64,000 nucleotides of DNA from Planctomycetota bacterium (GTDB lineage Bacteria; Planctomycetota; UBA1135; UBA2386): NCBI GenBank assembly GCA_947501605.1, contig CANMWZ010000018.1, positions 12,780-76,779 on the forward strand, written 5' to 3'. Shown piece after piece: positions 17,487 to 25,639 of the stretch (positions are counted from its first letter, which is position 1; the number at the start of each line of letters is the position of its first letter). The translations under genes and the position numbers were made by a program. The notes beneath the pieces were generated by a model, which saw only the letters and a program-made list of their open reading frames with translations, was not told the DNA's origin and ran no database searches.

Positions 17487-17640
17487 GTGGTTTCTCAAAG
17501 CGTCTGCGGCTGTGGCCGATCCCGACGGCCGATGGCTGTGTCGCGAACTCGCCGCGGAATCCACGGATCCCGCCACGAGTCCGCTCGTGGTCCTCGACTG
17601 TCGTGGCTCGGCCGCGCCCGCAGGTCCTTTGGGAAACCGC
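17487..17640 (+). repeat. Conserved ~155-nt 5' leader, copy B (upstream of paralog A2)
   Basis: See copy A. It contains a perfect local hairpin CCACGAG-TCCG-CTCGTGG that is not conserved in copy A. Confidence 0.8.
17495..17522 (+). promoter_or_regulatory. Candidate sigma-28 (FliA)-like promoter inside leader copy B
   Basis: CAAAGCGT-N11-GCCGATCC (equivalently CAAA-N15-GCCGAT), compared with the textbook TAAAGTTT-N11-GCCGATAA. It would give a ~190-nt 5' UTR before ATG 17721. Confidence 0.35.
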
Positions 17641-17720
17641 TTCTGGCGACTGCGGCCGCGCTAGAACGCCCAGTCAGCGGCCCGATCCCCTATCCTGCGT
17701 CGCTACCCAGACGATCCAGA

Positions 17721-18818
17721 ATGCGCCACTTCGCCACCACATTCCTCAGTGCGGCTCTCGCCCTTTCGACCGCCGCTTCGGCTCAGCAACTGCTGCGCGA
17801 CGACTTCGCCTACGCCGGCCCGCTGACCAGCAACGGCTGGTTTGCACACAGCTCGGGCGGCCAGCGTACCATCGTGTCGTTCGGCGACTACGCGATCTTG
17901 AGCCAGGGCACGGGCGCCGGCGAGGACCTCAGCCGCGGGTTCCCGCAGCTTGCGGCGACGGACTCGGTCTACGCCGCGTTTCGACTCAACGTGCCGTCAG
18001 GCAACGCGGTCAATCCGGCATCCGCCGGGCTCTACTTCATCCACTTCAAGGACGGTACCACGGGCTTCCGTGCGCGCACGGGTGTGCTCGCGCCGGCGTC
18101 AGGTGGTGCGTTTCGGTTGGCGATTCATGCCGACAGTGCCAATCTCGGCCTCGGCGCTGCGTGGCCATCGGATCTTGCGTTCGACACCGACTACCTGGTC
18201 GTCATCGGCTTCGATGGCGCGCTCAATCGAGCGACGCTTTGGGTCGATCCGATCACTGCAGCCTCGCCTTCGATCGGACACACCGGGACGCTGCCGACCC
18301 CGTTCGTGACCGCCATCGCGCTGCGGCAGAGCAGTGAATACACCGGCTCGCTCCGCATCGACAACCTGATCGTCGGGCGCACCTTTGTGGATGTCGCCGG
18401 CGCCGGCCGTAGCTACGTGACGTTCGGCGCGGGCTGCTCCGGCTCGGTCGGGGTTCCGTCCAACACCGCGAGCCCGCTGCCTCGCCTTGGTCGCACGACG
18501 ACGATCACCATCGGCAACGTGACGGTGCCCGCCATCGCGCTGCTGCTGGTCGGCACCAGCAACACGTTCTCGCCGTCGTTCGGTCCGCTGCCGATCGACC
18601 TCACGGCGTTTGGTGCGCCGGGCTGCTCAGGCCGCGTCAGTGATGACGTAACGCAGTTCTTCGCTCTTGGCTTTGCCGGCGTGCCCTTTGACGTGGCGAT
18701 TCCCAATGACACCTACTTCATGGGGCTGCAGCTCTACACGCAGGCACTGGTGTTCGAGAACGTGAACCCGTTGGGGCTCGTGCTCTCGGACGCTGCGACG
18801 TTCGTCATCGGCGGCTGA
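17721..18818 (+). CDS. Secreted protein A2 (paralog of A1) with the shared C-terminal domain
   Basis: The track ORF 17427..18818 was trimmed to ATG 17721 (MRHFATTFLSAALALSTAASAQQ). It is colinear with A1. The tail is ...FGAGCSGSVGV...ALLLVGTSN...GPLPIDLTAFGAPGCSGRVS...IPNDTYFMGLQLYTQALVFENVNPLGLVLSDAATFVIGG. Confidence 0.85.
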   Translation: MRHFATTFLSAALALSTAASAQQLLRDDFAYAGPLTSNGWFAHSSGGQRTIVSFGDYAILSQGTGAGEDLSRGFPQLAATDSVYAAFRLNVPSGNAVNPASAGLYFIHFKDGTTGFRARTGVLAPASGGAFRLAIHADSANLGLGAAWPSDLAFDTDYLVVIGFDGALNRATLWVDPITAASPSIGHTGTLPTPFVTAIALRQSSEYTGSLRIDNLIVGRTFVDVAGAGRSYVTFGAGCSGSVGVPSNTASPLPRLGRTTTITIGNVTVPAIALLLVGTSNTFSPSFGPLPIDLTAFGAPGCSGRVSDDVTQFFALGFAGVPFDVAIPNDTYFMGLQLYTQALVFENVNPLGLVLSDAATFVIGG

Positions 18819-18877
18819 CCGGCGCATATCGCCGACGCGCTGCAGGCGAACGCTCGTCCGCTGCAGGTGCGGAACCG

Positions 18878-18916
18878 CGCCGTCCCGGACCGAGTCGTTC
18901 CGGGCAGGGGACGGCG
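18878..18916. terminator. Bidirectional hairpin between the convergent A2 and thioredoxin-fold genes
   Basis: CGCCGTCC...GGACGGCG outer stem with an inner CCGGA-CCGAGTCGT-TCCGG stem. A second hairpin, GAGCCC-N14-GGGCTC, lies at 18919-18944. Confidence 0.5.
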
Positions 18917-18953
18917 GCGAGCCCACGCTAGGTGGCGCGGGCTCGCGGGGCCA

Positions 18954-19949
18954 TCAGCCCTTGGTCGAGAACTTCCCCAGCATCTCCTCGGCCTGCTGGG
19001 CGGCGTGCGTACCGGCGTACTTCTTGGTGCTCTTGAACTTCTCTAGTTCTTCGACCAGCTTGCGTCGTTGCGCGACCTTGCCGGCGTCGAACTTGCCGAC
19101 CACCTTCTCGAGCGCCTTCGAGGCCGCGATCTCGTCCTTGACGTGCGCGTCCTTGGCAAAGCGTTCGAGCTCTGACTTGGCCGCGTCGGCGGGCGGCAGG
19201 CCGGCCCAGTCCTTTTGCAGGCGCTCCAGCTGATTCAAGGCGGTGTAGAAGTCCGGACCCTTGCCCAGCGTCTGCACGCGAGCCGTCGCGCGCTCCATCC
19301 GCTTCTGCAGCTCCGCTTGCTGGCTTTCGTAGACTGTCCGCAGTTCCGCGTCGACGGTCGGTTGCCCCAGCATCTTGGTGAGGTAGTCACCGAGCTTCTT
19401 GAACTCCTTCTTCTGCCAGAGGCTGCGAATCGCGTCGAAACGCGAATCCACCGGCATCTTGGGCGAGAGCGAGACGTTTGCGAGCTGCTCCTCGATGAAT
19501 GCCTCCGTCGGCATGCGATCGTCGGGCACAGTCAGGATCGTGCCATCGGGCGCAATGCAGTAGACGCTGGGGAAGAAACCGATGCGGTACTGCTCGTTGA
19601 CGCCCTTGGCGCAGACGAACGGGTACTTGGCACCGAGTTTGGTGATGAAGGTCTCTTCGATCAGGCTTTCGTTCTCATCGGACACGCCGATGAGTAGCAA
19701 CCCCCGCTCCGCGTACTTCTCGTGAAGTTCGTTGAGGTGCGGGACGGCTGCCTTACACGGGCCTCACCAGGTCTGGGCGAAGTCGAGGATGACCAGCTTG
19801 CCTTCGAACTCGTCGAACTTGGCGGGGCCGTCGTTCCAGACCTTGGCGATCTCGAAGGCCGGAGCCGGCGAGCCCTTCGCGAGCTGGGCTGGCGCCGCGG
19901 CGGCAAACAGCAGCGTTGCGGCGGTGGCGAAATGGATGTTCTTGTTCAT
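18954..19949 (-). CDS. Secreted thioredoxin-fold (TlpA/redoxin-like) protein with an in-frame TGA at the first active-site Cys (W-U-G-P-C): probable selenoprotein
   Basis: Two track ORFs in the same frame (18954..19700 and the last 61 codons of 19764..21191) are separated only by TGA at 19764-19766. The joined product is MNKNIHFATAATLLFAAAAPAQ (signal)...GKLVILDFAQTW-[TGA]-GPCKAAVPHLNELHEKYAERGLLLIGVSDENE..., so the canonical WCGPC motif has TGA in place of the first Cys. The frame stays open for 270 codons after the TGA. An imperfect extended hairpin can be drawn 13-67 nt downstream of the TGA (19697-19751). Confidence 0.75.
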
Positions 19950-20087
19950 GGTAATGGCGGCCCCGCAGCGGGAGCCGAGCGGCGGAGGATACTCGTTCAT
20001 CCGTCGATGCCCAAGGTGTCCCTCTTGCTCGTCGGCAAATGACCCGTCCCAAGTCCGTAGCCTTGCTATGCTCTCCGCCCGCTTCGC

Positions 20088-23000
20088 ATGACCCCAGCCT
20101 TCGACCCATTCGAGCGTCAGGACCGTTTCCCCATCCTCCGAACGCTGCGCGATCGCGTGCTCGTGTTCGACGGCGGCATGGGGACGATGATTCAGCGCGC
20201 CACCCTCACCCTTGACGACTTCCACGGCAAGGAGGGCTGCAACGAGATCCTCGTCCGCACCCGCCCCGATGTCATCGAGGACATTCACTCGGCCTACTTT
20301 GCCGCGGGGGCGGATGTCGTCGAGACCAACACCTTCGGCGGCATGCCCTACGTGCTGGGCGAGTTCGACATGGCCGACGAGGCCTTCGAACTGAACCGCA
20401 TCGGCGCCGAAGTCGCGCGCCGAGCCGCTGACAAGTTCAGCACCAAGGCGAGGCCGCGCTTTGTTGCCGGTTCGATGGGGCCCGGCACGCGCCTCGTGAC
20501 GCTCGGTCACATCTCGGTCGACGAGCTGTACGACGCGTATCGAGTGTTTGCCAAAGGCCTCATCGCTGGCGGCGTCGACTGTCTCAACATCGAGACCTGC
20601 CAGGACATCCTCCAGGTCAAGATGGCGATCCTGGCGTCGCGCGACGCCATGGCCGAACTCGGCCGCGAGGTGCCGATCTTCTGCACAGTGACCATCGAGA
20701 CGACCGGAACGATGCTGGTCGGCAGTGACATCGCTGCCGCGCTGACGACACTGGAGCATCTGCCGGTGGACGTGGTCGGCCTCAACTGCGCCACGGGTCC
20801 AGACTTGATGCAGGAGTCGGTGCGCCACCTCGGCAAGTTGTCGACGCGTTCGGTGATGGTGATGCCCAATGCCGGCTTGCCGCGCAATGTGGGCGGCGTC
20901 GCGGTCTATGACCTCACGCCCGAGGAGCTCGGCGCGTTTCATGCTCGCTTCGTCCGCGAGTTTGGCGTCAGCATCGTCGGCGGCTGCTGCGGCACCACGC
21001 CGGAGCACATCGCCGCGGTGCAGAAGGCGGTTCAGGGACTCGTGCCCTCGGAGCGCCCCCGCGACTACTTGCCGCAGGTCGCGAGCCTGTTTCACTCGGT
21101 GCCGTTGACGCAGGACCAGGGGCCGCTGCTCATCGGCGAGCGCACCAATGCGAACGGCAGCAGGAAGTTCAAGGAGCTGATGCTGGCTCAAGACATCGAG
21201 GGCATGCTGCAGATTGCCAAGGAGCAGTCACACGAAGGCGCGCACGTTCTCGACGTCTGCACTGCCTACGTCGGCCGCAATGAAGTTGCGGACATGACCA
21301 ACCTGCTCCGGCCGCTGGTCCAGAAGGTCACCGCGCCGGTGATGATCGACAGCACGCAGCTCGACGTCGTCGAGGCCGCGCTCAAAGTCACGCCCGGTCG
21401 CGCGATCATCAACTCGATCAACCTCGAAGACGGCGAAGAGCGCGCTGACGCGCTGTGCCGGCTCGCCGTCCGCTACGGCGCGATGTTCGTCGCCCTGACC
21501 ATCGACGAGGAGGGCATGGCGAAGACTGCGCAGCGCAAGCTGGAGGTCGCGCAGCGAATTCACGACATCGTCGTCAAGCGGCACGGCATGAAGCCGCAGG
21601 ACCTGATCTTCGACCCGTTGACCTTCACGATCGGGTCCGGCGACGAAGCCTCGCGTGACGCGGGCGTTCAGACACTGCTCGGCATCAAGCTGATCAAGGA
21701 ACAGATTCCGGGGGTCCGCACGATCCTTGGTCTCTCCAACATCAGCTTTGGTCTCGATCCGTATCCGCGGCAGATCCTCAACTCGGTCTACCTCGCCGAA
21801 GCGATCCGTCACGGGCTCGACGCCGCGATCGTGCACGCGAGCAAGATCGTGCCGATCCACAAGCTCGACGAAGACGACCGCGTGGTCACTCTCGATCTGA
21901 TCCACGACCGTCGCCGCGAAGGCTACGACCCGCTGTTCAAGTTCATCGAGCGGTTCTCCGGCCAGAAGCGCATCGAGTTCGGCAAGGGCCAGAACGAGAT
22001 GGACGTCGCGGTCGAGGAGCGGCTGAAGCGACGCATCATCGACGGCAATCGCATCGGCATCGAGAAGCACCTCGAAGAGGCGATGACGAAGCACAAGCCC
22101 CTGGAGATCATCAACGAGATCCTGCTCGATGGCATGAAAGTCGTCGGCGACCTGTTCGGCAGCGGTGAGATGCAGTTGCCGTTCGTGTTGCAGAGCGCCG
22201 AGGCCATGAAGGCTGCGGTCGGTTACTTGCAGCAGTTCATGGAGAAGCTCGACGGCGAAGAGAAGGGCACCCTCGTGCTCGCGACCGTGCGCGGCGACGT
22301 GCACGACATCGGCAAGAACCTCGTCGACATCGTCGTCAGCAACAACGGCTACCGCGTCGTGAACCTCGGTATCAAGGTCCCGATCGAGCGGATCCTCGAG
22401 GCGGCGCGCACGGAGAAGGCCAACGCAATCGGCATGAGCGGCCTGTTGGTCAAGTCGACTGTCGTGATGAAGGAGAACCTCGAGCTGATGAGCCAGCGCG
22501 GGATCGCGACGCCGGTCATCTGCGGCGGCGCAGCGCTCAATCGCGCCTACGTCGAACTCGACCTTCGCGCGGCGTACACCACTGGCCCGGTCTATTACGG
22601 GCAGGACGCGTTTGCCGGGCTGCACATCATGGACGAGCTCACGGGCCGTTCGAAGGTGCCGACGCTCACCGAATCCAAGGAGCCGCAGGTACGGGCGACC
22701 AATCGCCGCAGAATGACGCGCGCCGACAAAGAGAAGATGTTGGAGCACGCTTACACCGAGTTCGCCGACAGCGGCGTTCCGCGTGCAGAGCGGGTGCCGA
22801 CACCGCCGTTCTGGGGGCCGCAGCTCGTCAGCACCGCGGAGCTCGATCTCGGCACGGTGCTTCAATACGTCAACAAGAAGGCTCTCTTCCGCCTGCAGTG
22901 GCAGTATCGCCAGGGCAAGCGCAGCGAAGAGGACTACAAGAAGTTCGTCGCCGAACACGTCGAGCCGAGATTCCGCGAATGGCAGAAGCGTGTGCGGGAG

Positions 23001-23603
23001 AACGCCATGCTCGAGCCTCGTGTCGTCTACGGCTATTGGCCGTGCTACAGCGAGCGCAACGCGCTCGTGGTGCTCGATCCCAAGGATCACGCCCGCGAAC
23101 TGTGCCGCTTCGACTTCCCGCGCCAGCCGGGCGGTCGCCGGCTGTGCATGTCGGACTTCTACCGCCGTCGCGACGACGGTCCGGATGTGGTCGGGTTCTC
23201 GCTCGTGACGATGGGTGCGCGCGCGACCATCGAGAGCGAGCGCTTGTTCAAGGAGAACCGCTACGACGAGTACCTCCACTTCCACGGCCTCGCGGTCGAG
23301 GGCGCCGAGGCACTCGCGGAGTACTGGCACAAGCGCATGCGCCAGCAGTTGTCGATCGCGGCCAATGACGCCCCGGACGTCGACGATCTGTTCAAGCAGC
23401 GCTATCAGGGCAGCCGCTACTCGTTCGGTTACCCGGCCTGCCCGAACCTCGAAGATCAGGACAAGCTACTGCGGCTGCTCGAGGCAACCCGCATCGGTGT
23501 GACGTTGAGCGAGGAGTCGCAGCTGGTGCCCGAGCAGAGCACTTCGGCGGTCATCTGCCACCACCCGGCAGCGAAGTACTTCAACGTCAGCGTCACGACC
23601 TGA
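20088..23603 (+). CDS. metH: Cobalamin-dependent methionine synthase MetH
   Basis: 1171 aa with these modules: Hcy-binding S-methyltransferase N-terminus (VLVFDGGMGTMIQ, GGCCGTTPEHI); pterin-binding module; B12-binding DxHxxG (GDVHDIGKN); C-terminal AdoMet activation domain (FGYPACPNLEDQ). Confidence 0.95.
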   Translation: MTPAFDPFERQDRFPILRTLRDRVLVFDGGMGTMIQRATLTLDDFHGKEGCNEILVRTRPDVIEDIHSAYFAAGADVVETNTFGGMPYVLGEFDMADEAFELNRIGAEVARRAADKFSTKARPRFVAGSMGPGTRLVTLGHISVDELYDAYRVFAKGLIAGGVDCLNIETCQDILQVKMAILASRDAMAELGREVPIFCTVTIETTGTMLVGSDIAAALTTLEHLPVDVVGLNCATGPDLMQESVRHLGKLSTRSVMVMPNAGLPRNVGGVAVYDLTPEELGAFHARFVREFGVSIVGGCCGTTPEHIAAVQKAVQGLVPSERPRDYLPQVASLFHSVPLTQDQGPLLIGERTNANGSRKFKELMLAQDIEGMLQIAKEQSHEGAHVLDVCTAYVGRNEVADMTNLLRPLVQKVTAPVMIDSTQLDVVEAALKVTPGRAIINSINLEDGEERADALCRLAVRYGAMFVALTIDEEGMAKTAQRKLEVAQRIHDIVVKRHGMKPQDLIFDPLTFTIGSGDEASRDAGVQTLLGIKLIKEQIPGVRTILGLSNISFGLDPYPRQILNSVYLAEAIRHGLDAAIVHASKIVPIHKLDEDDRVVTLDLIHDRRREGYDPLFKFIERFSGQKRIEFGKGQNEMDVAVEERLKRRIIDGNRIGIEKHLEEAMTKHKPLEIINEILLDGMKVVGDLFGSGEMQLPFVLQSAEAMKAAVGYLQQFMEKLDGEEKGTLVLATVRGDVHDIGKNLVDIVVSNNGYRVVNLGIKVPIERILEAARTEKANAIGMSGLLVKSTVVMKENLELMSQRGIATPVICGGAALNRAYVELDLRAAYTTGPVYYGQDAFAGLHIMDELTGRSKVPTLTESKEPQVRATNRRRMTRADKEKMLEHAYTEFADSGVPRAERVPTPPFWGPQLVSTAELDLGTVLQYVNKKALFRLQWQYRQGKRSEEDYKKFVAEHVEPRFREWQKRVRENAMLEPRVVYGYWPCYSERNALVVLDPKDHARELCRFDFPRQPGGRRLCMSDFYRRRDDGPDVVGFSLVTMGARATIESERLFKENRYDEYLHFHGLAVEGAEALAEYWHKRMRQQLSIAANDAPDVDDLFKQRYQGSRYSFGYPACPNLEDQDKLLRLLEATRIGVTLSEESQLVPEQSTSAVICHHPAAKYFNVSVTT

Positions 23604-23634
23604 GTCGTCCGCAGCACGCGCCGTAGAAATGCAG

Positions 23635-23669
23635 ACGCCGGTGATGCCGACCTGCGGCACCACCGGCGT
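23635..23669. terminator. Hairpin between convergent metH and NIDO-like paralog 1
   Basis: ACGCCGGTG (23635-23643) and CACCGGCGT (23661-23669) are exact reverse complements with a 17-nt loop. Confidence 0.5.
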
Positions 23670-23699
23670 TGCTGTTGATCTACTCGCGAGCGCGCGGCG

Positions 23700-25445
23700 T
23701 CAGATCCCGATCGTCCAACGAACGCCGTTGGAGACGCGGTAGCCAAACGCATTGGCCGTGAGGTCGTCGCTGATCGCTTGCGACATCAGTTGCACGCCGA
23801 CGAAGGCGGGCGTGTTGGGGATCGCGATCAGGTAGGTCGTGGTTGGCGCGCCGAGCGTCAGGTTGAAGTACGAGAGCAGCTCCGGCAGCGCGATGTAGGC
23901 CGTGCAGCCAGTGAGGCCGAAGCCATCGAGCGGGAAGCCGCCGGGGAGTTCGTTGCTGATCAACAAGATGCTGAAGACACCGTTGGGCAGGCTCGCGATG
24001 TTGTTGGTATCCAGCGTGTAGTTGCTGCCGATGGTCGGAACCGAGCCGGTTGGGACCGACAGGGTCAGCGGGAACACCTGGGTGCCCGGTACGGTGAGAC
24101 CATTGACGGTTGACAGGTCGGCGGCGCCGGAGTTCTGCACGTTGCCGCCGCGCGAGTATCCCGCCAGGAAGAAGCCGGTGTTCAGCGACACGTTCTGCCA
24201 GCGGATCGTGAACTGACCCGTCGGGCTGAGCGCGATCTGGACGTTGATGGGGGTCGCCGCGCCGTACTCCGGCACGTTGCGCCAGCTGATAACGAATTCG
24301 CCAGTGCCGGCGTCGAGCGCGTGCTCAACCGTGCCGCCAGAGGTCGGATCGAGGTCTTCCCACCAAGCTGCAATGCGAGCCGGTCCGCTGACGAGCACAG
24401 CAGGGTCTCCCGTGCAGCACCCGTCACCCGGATCCGTACCGCCGATGGTCAAGAAGCCGTTCGACGACACATAGATCGAGGTCTCGTTGGCGCCGTTGAA
24501 CGGGAACGCGAACGGCAAGGGGACCAAGTGCGAACTGTCATCGAGTGCCAGCAGTGGGGTTCCAGCGCCAGCGAACCACACCGGCGAAAGGCCGGGCAGC
24601 GCGATGTAGTCGTTGCCCGACGGCAAGAAGCTGAGGTTGAGGCCGCTGAGGTCGGGGGCGTTGTTGGCGCTGAACTGCTCATAGAGCGTGGGCGAAGCCG
24701 CAGCCGGGCAGCCAGCGCCGACTACGGTCGAGGTGGCGACGTTCGACGTGCACGTGACGTCGGTGACGACGTAGCCAGGGTTGGTCGGCGTGAACAGCCA
24801 CTTCGAGTTGGCGTAGGGCAGGAGCTGGCCGGGAGCACGCGTGATCACTTGGGCAAATGCGTTGGTCGCGATGTTCAGCGGGCGCGTGGCGAAGTTGACG
24901 GTCGGTGTCGCCACACCAGGACTCGCGCCGATGATCGCGGTGTTGGCCTGGAACGTCGACGTCGTGCCCAACGTGCCGTAGGCCACCGTGAAGGTGTTGT
25001 TGGCGAAGAGCGAGATCTGCATCGTGCCTGGCAACGTCGTGCCGTAGGTGTAGACGCGGATCCACGAAACGCGCGCGACGCCCGGCGTCGAGTTGTCGAA
25101 GTAGACCTGGCCGCTGCCCGCAATCGTGGGGTTGAAGTCGTTCCAGTAGGGGCAGATGCGCGCGCCGCCGGTCGCCATCTCAGCGAGCGTTGGCGAGTAG
25201 TCGCCGCCGTTCAGCGTCGACACGTTGGTGGAGCCGAGCACGAGGTAGCCGTTGGCGCACACCGAGATGCTGCTGTGGACAACACCGTTGTAGGTGAACG
25301 AGAACCCGAGGGGCAGCGGTGCCGTGACCTGGTCGTCACCGAGTGCGAGGCTGGGCCCGAAGTTGGTGTCGAAGCACGGACTCTGGGCCAACAGAGATGC
25401 AGCAAAGCTGGCTGCGAGAGCGGACGAGAGAAGGCTGCGGAGCAT
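23700..25445 (-). CDS. Secreted two-module NIDO-like protein with the shared C-terminal domain, paralog 1 of 5
   Basis: The track ORF 23700..25535 was trimmed to ATG 25445 (AGGAG upstream; MLRSLLSSALAASFAASLLAQSPCFD). Module 1: LGDDQVTAPLPLGFSFTYNGVVHSSISVCANGYLVLG...ARICPYWNDFNP. Module 2: DDSSHLVPLPFAFPFNGANETSIYVSSNGFLTIGGTDPGDGCC...RIAAWWEDLDP. Tail: ...ILLISNELPGGFPLDGFGLTGCTAYIALPE...IPNTPAFVGVQLMSQAISDDLTANAFGYRVSNGVRWTIGI. Confidence 0.85.
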   Translation of the reverse strand: MLRSLLSSALAASFAASLLAQSPCFDTNFGPSLALGDDQVTAPLPLGFSFTYNGVVHSSISVCANGYLVLGSTNVSTLNGGDYSPTLAEMATGGARICPYWNDFNPTIAGSGQVYFDNSTPGVARVSWIRVYTYGTTLPGTMQISLFANNTFTVAYGTLGTTSTFQANTAIIGASPGVATPTVNFATRPLNIATNAFAQVITRAPGQLLPYANSKWLFTPTNPGYVVTDVTCTSNVATSTVVGAGCPAAASPTLYEQFSANNAPDLSGLNLSFLPSGNDYIALPGLSPVWFAGAGTPLLALDDSSHLVPLPFAFPFNGANETSIYVSSNGFLTIGGTDPGDGCCTGDPAVLVSGPARIAAWWEDLDPTSGGTVEHALDAGTGEFVISWRNVPEYGAATPINVQIALSPTGQFTIRWQNVSLNTGFFLAGYSRGGNVQNSGAADLSTVNGLTVPGTQVFPLTLSVPTGSVPTIGSNYTLDTNNIASLPNGVFSILLISNELPGGFPLDGFGLTGCTAYIALPELLSYFNLTLGAPTTTYLIAIPNTPAFVGVQLMSQAISDDLTANAFGYRVSNGVRWTIGI

Positions 25446-25580
25446 GGGACTCCTGAGAGGGGTGTATGGCCAGTGGGGGACAATGGGAGCTGGCCGGGGT
25501 GGATTGCGACGAACGCTGTCCCCTTGGGGTTCCATCTTGCCATACCCGCGATCCCGTGCCTGTGGGGTTGCAGCACAAAT

Positions 25581-25621
25581 GACGACGCCCGGCCGACCGC
25601 GAGGGTCGTCCGGGCGTCGTC
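25581..25621 (-). terminator. Strong hairpin 19 nt downstream of paralog 2
   Basis: The 12-nt arms GACGACGCCCGG and CCGGGCGTCGTC are exact reverse complements, with further inner pairing CGACC/GGTCG. On the minus strand it is followed by ATTTGTG. Confidence 0.6.
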
Positions 25622-25639
25622 GTTCGGGCGCGAGCTAGA

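Noticed and set aside
16005-17720. Long N-terminal extensions of the A1 and A2 ORFs (starts at 16005 and 17427 in the track)
   Set aside because: The extensions cover the duplicated leader. The two copies differ by frame-shifting indels, so the encoded peptides are unrelated. Clean signal peptides begin at the internal ATGs 16302 and 17721.
19764-21191. 475-aa minus-strand ORF overlapping the start of metH
   Set aside because: It is antisense to the well-supported metH gene and low-complexity for most of its length. Only its last 61 codons (from ATG 19949) are real, forming the N-terminus of the WUGPC thioredoxin-fold protein.
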